From: Myxococcales bacterium
GTDB taxonomy: Bacteria; Myxococcota; Myxococcia; Myxococcales; 40CM-4-68-19
Assembly: GCA_020201435.1 (NCBI GenBank)
Contig: JAIVGS010000189.1
Coordinates: forward strand, 14,404 to 78,403
DNA length: 64,000 bases
Direction of reading: 5' to 3'
Within the stretch, counting starts at the first letter, position 1. Every line of letters starts with the position of its first letter. Positions 63,597 to 64,000 of the stretch are shown piece by piece. Under the pieces are notes generated by a model. It was not told the origin of the DNA and did no database searches. It worked only from the letters and a program-made list of their open reading frames with translations. The position numbers and the translations under genes were made by a program.

Positions 63597-63683
63597 CTCA
63601 CCACGGAGGCACGGAGGGCACGGAGTCTTGTTCTCAAAAAAATATGTTTTGTTTCTCCGTGCCCTCCGTGCCTCCGTGGTGAG
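63597..63683. repeat. REP-like perfect palindrome ('CACGGAG' family), likely also a bidirectional terminator
   Basis: CTCACCACGGAGGCACGGAGGGCACGGAG (63597-63625), a 29-nt A/T-rich loop, then CTCCGTGCCCTCCGTGCCTCCGTGGTGAG (63655-63683). It starts 13 nt after the PP2C stop and is followed by TTTTTGCTTTTT. Confidence 0.9.
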
Positions 63684-64000
63684 TTTTTGCTTTTTGGAGA
63701 GCGCCGCGTGTCCGAAGCCGCAGACGATTGCCGGGCCGATGCCGGAAGCGAGCGCGTTGTATGCGCAGGCGCAGGCCGCTCATCGAGCGCCCGAGTCCTT
63801 GACGTGCGACGCGAAGGCGATCGTCGATGCGCCGGAAAATGCCGGACGATACGCGCTGCATCTGTCGGTCAAGCGGCCGGCTTCGGTCCGGATCGAGGCG
63901 CTGACCCCGCTGGGCGATCCGGCGGCGGTGCTGGTCGCCGACCAAGGCAAGTTCGCCCTCCTCGATCTGCGCAACGGCGTCTTCTACCGGGGCCCGGCGA
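63628..64000 (+). CDS. partial LolB-like / DUF4292-like outer-membrane lipoprotein (runs off the window; start unresolved)
   Basis: Open frame to the window end reads '...SAACPKPQTIAGPMPEASALYAQAQAAHRAPESLTCDAKAIVDAPENAGRYALHLSVKRPASVRIEALTPLGDPAAVLVADQGKFALLDL'. Possible TTG/GTG starts lie at 63628-63694, inside the palindrome. Confidence 0.45.
   Translation, partial: MFSKKYVLFLRALRASVVSFCFLESAACPKPQTIAGPMPEASALYAQAQAAHRAPESLTCDAKAIVDAPENAGRYALHLSVKRPASVRIEALTPLGDPAAVLVADQGKFALLDLRNGVFYRGPA

Overview
This is a 64-kb window of very GC-rich bacterial chromosome. The gene content looks Myxococcota-like: MYXO-CTERM-style tail, AgmX/TonB-C-like protein, YXWGXW lipoprotein, and shell proteins that resemble the Haliangium-type BMC. 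That placement is an inference only.

I support about 70 protein genes, one tRNA, and several regulatory and repeat elements. Most long ORFs in the track are antisense or read-through artefacts of high GC. I chose true genes by motif content, G/C-ending codon bias, and the very frequent 1-4 nt stop/start overlaps (GTGA, ATGA, TAATG, TGATG), and used those overlaps to re-set many start sites.

Housekeeping content:
- groES-groEL with a perfect CIRCE operator and a sigma70-like promoter
- rpoZ, aspartate kinase, nadE, pilT, RNase Z, treZ, ygfZ, yacG, beta-carbonic anhydrase, tRNA-Met(CAU)
- a GldA/F/G-like ABC system
- a mevalonate-pathway operon (fni-mvk-mvaD-pmk)

Accessory and unusual content:
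1. A minus-strand operon at about 37117..33488 centres on a radical SAM/SPASM enzyme. An unlisted 53-codon ORF immediately precedes it and is translationally coupled to it. The ORF encodes a Gly-Cys / TM helix / Arg-cluster mini-protein. Two small polytopic membrane proteins and a 12-Cys secreted protein follow. This is my best candidate for an undescribed system.
2. An aldehyde-dehydrogenase-only bacterial microcompartment locus (57928..62077) has two odd inserts: an unlisted 56-codon two-TM ORF and an OMP-like beta-barrel gene.
3. A 118-nt (GGAAC)4 palindrome carrying a G-quadruplex motif fills the divergent promoter between the BMC operon and a PP2C-cNMP gene.
4. A REP-like 'CACGGAG' palindrome family sits at two gene 3' ends, and a single IS200-like/RAYT tyrosine transposase gene lies in a lower-GC patch.
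5. Also present: an orphan DUF4123 adaptor gene, a KaiC-like ATPase coupled to a hybrid histidine kinase, a degenerate FtsZ-like protein, and several domain fusions.

All homology calls come from motifs recognised by eye. No database search was run.
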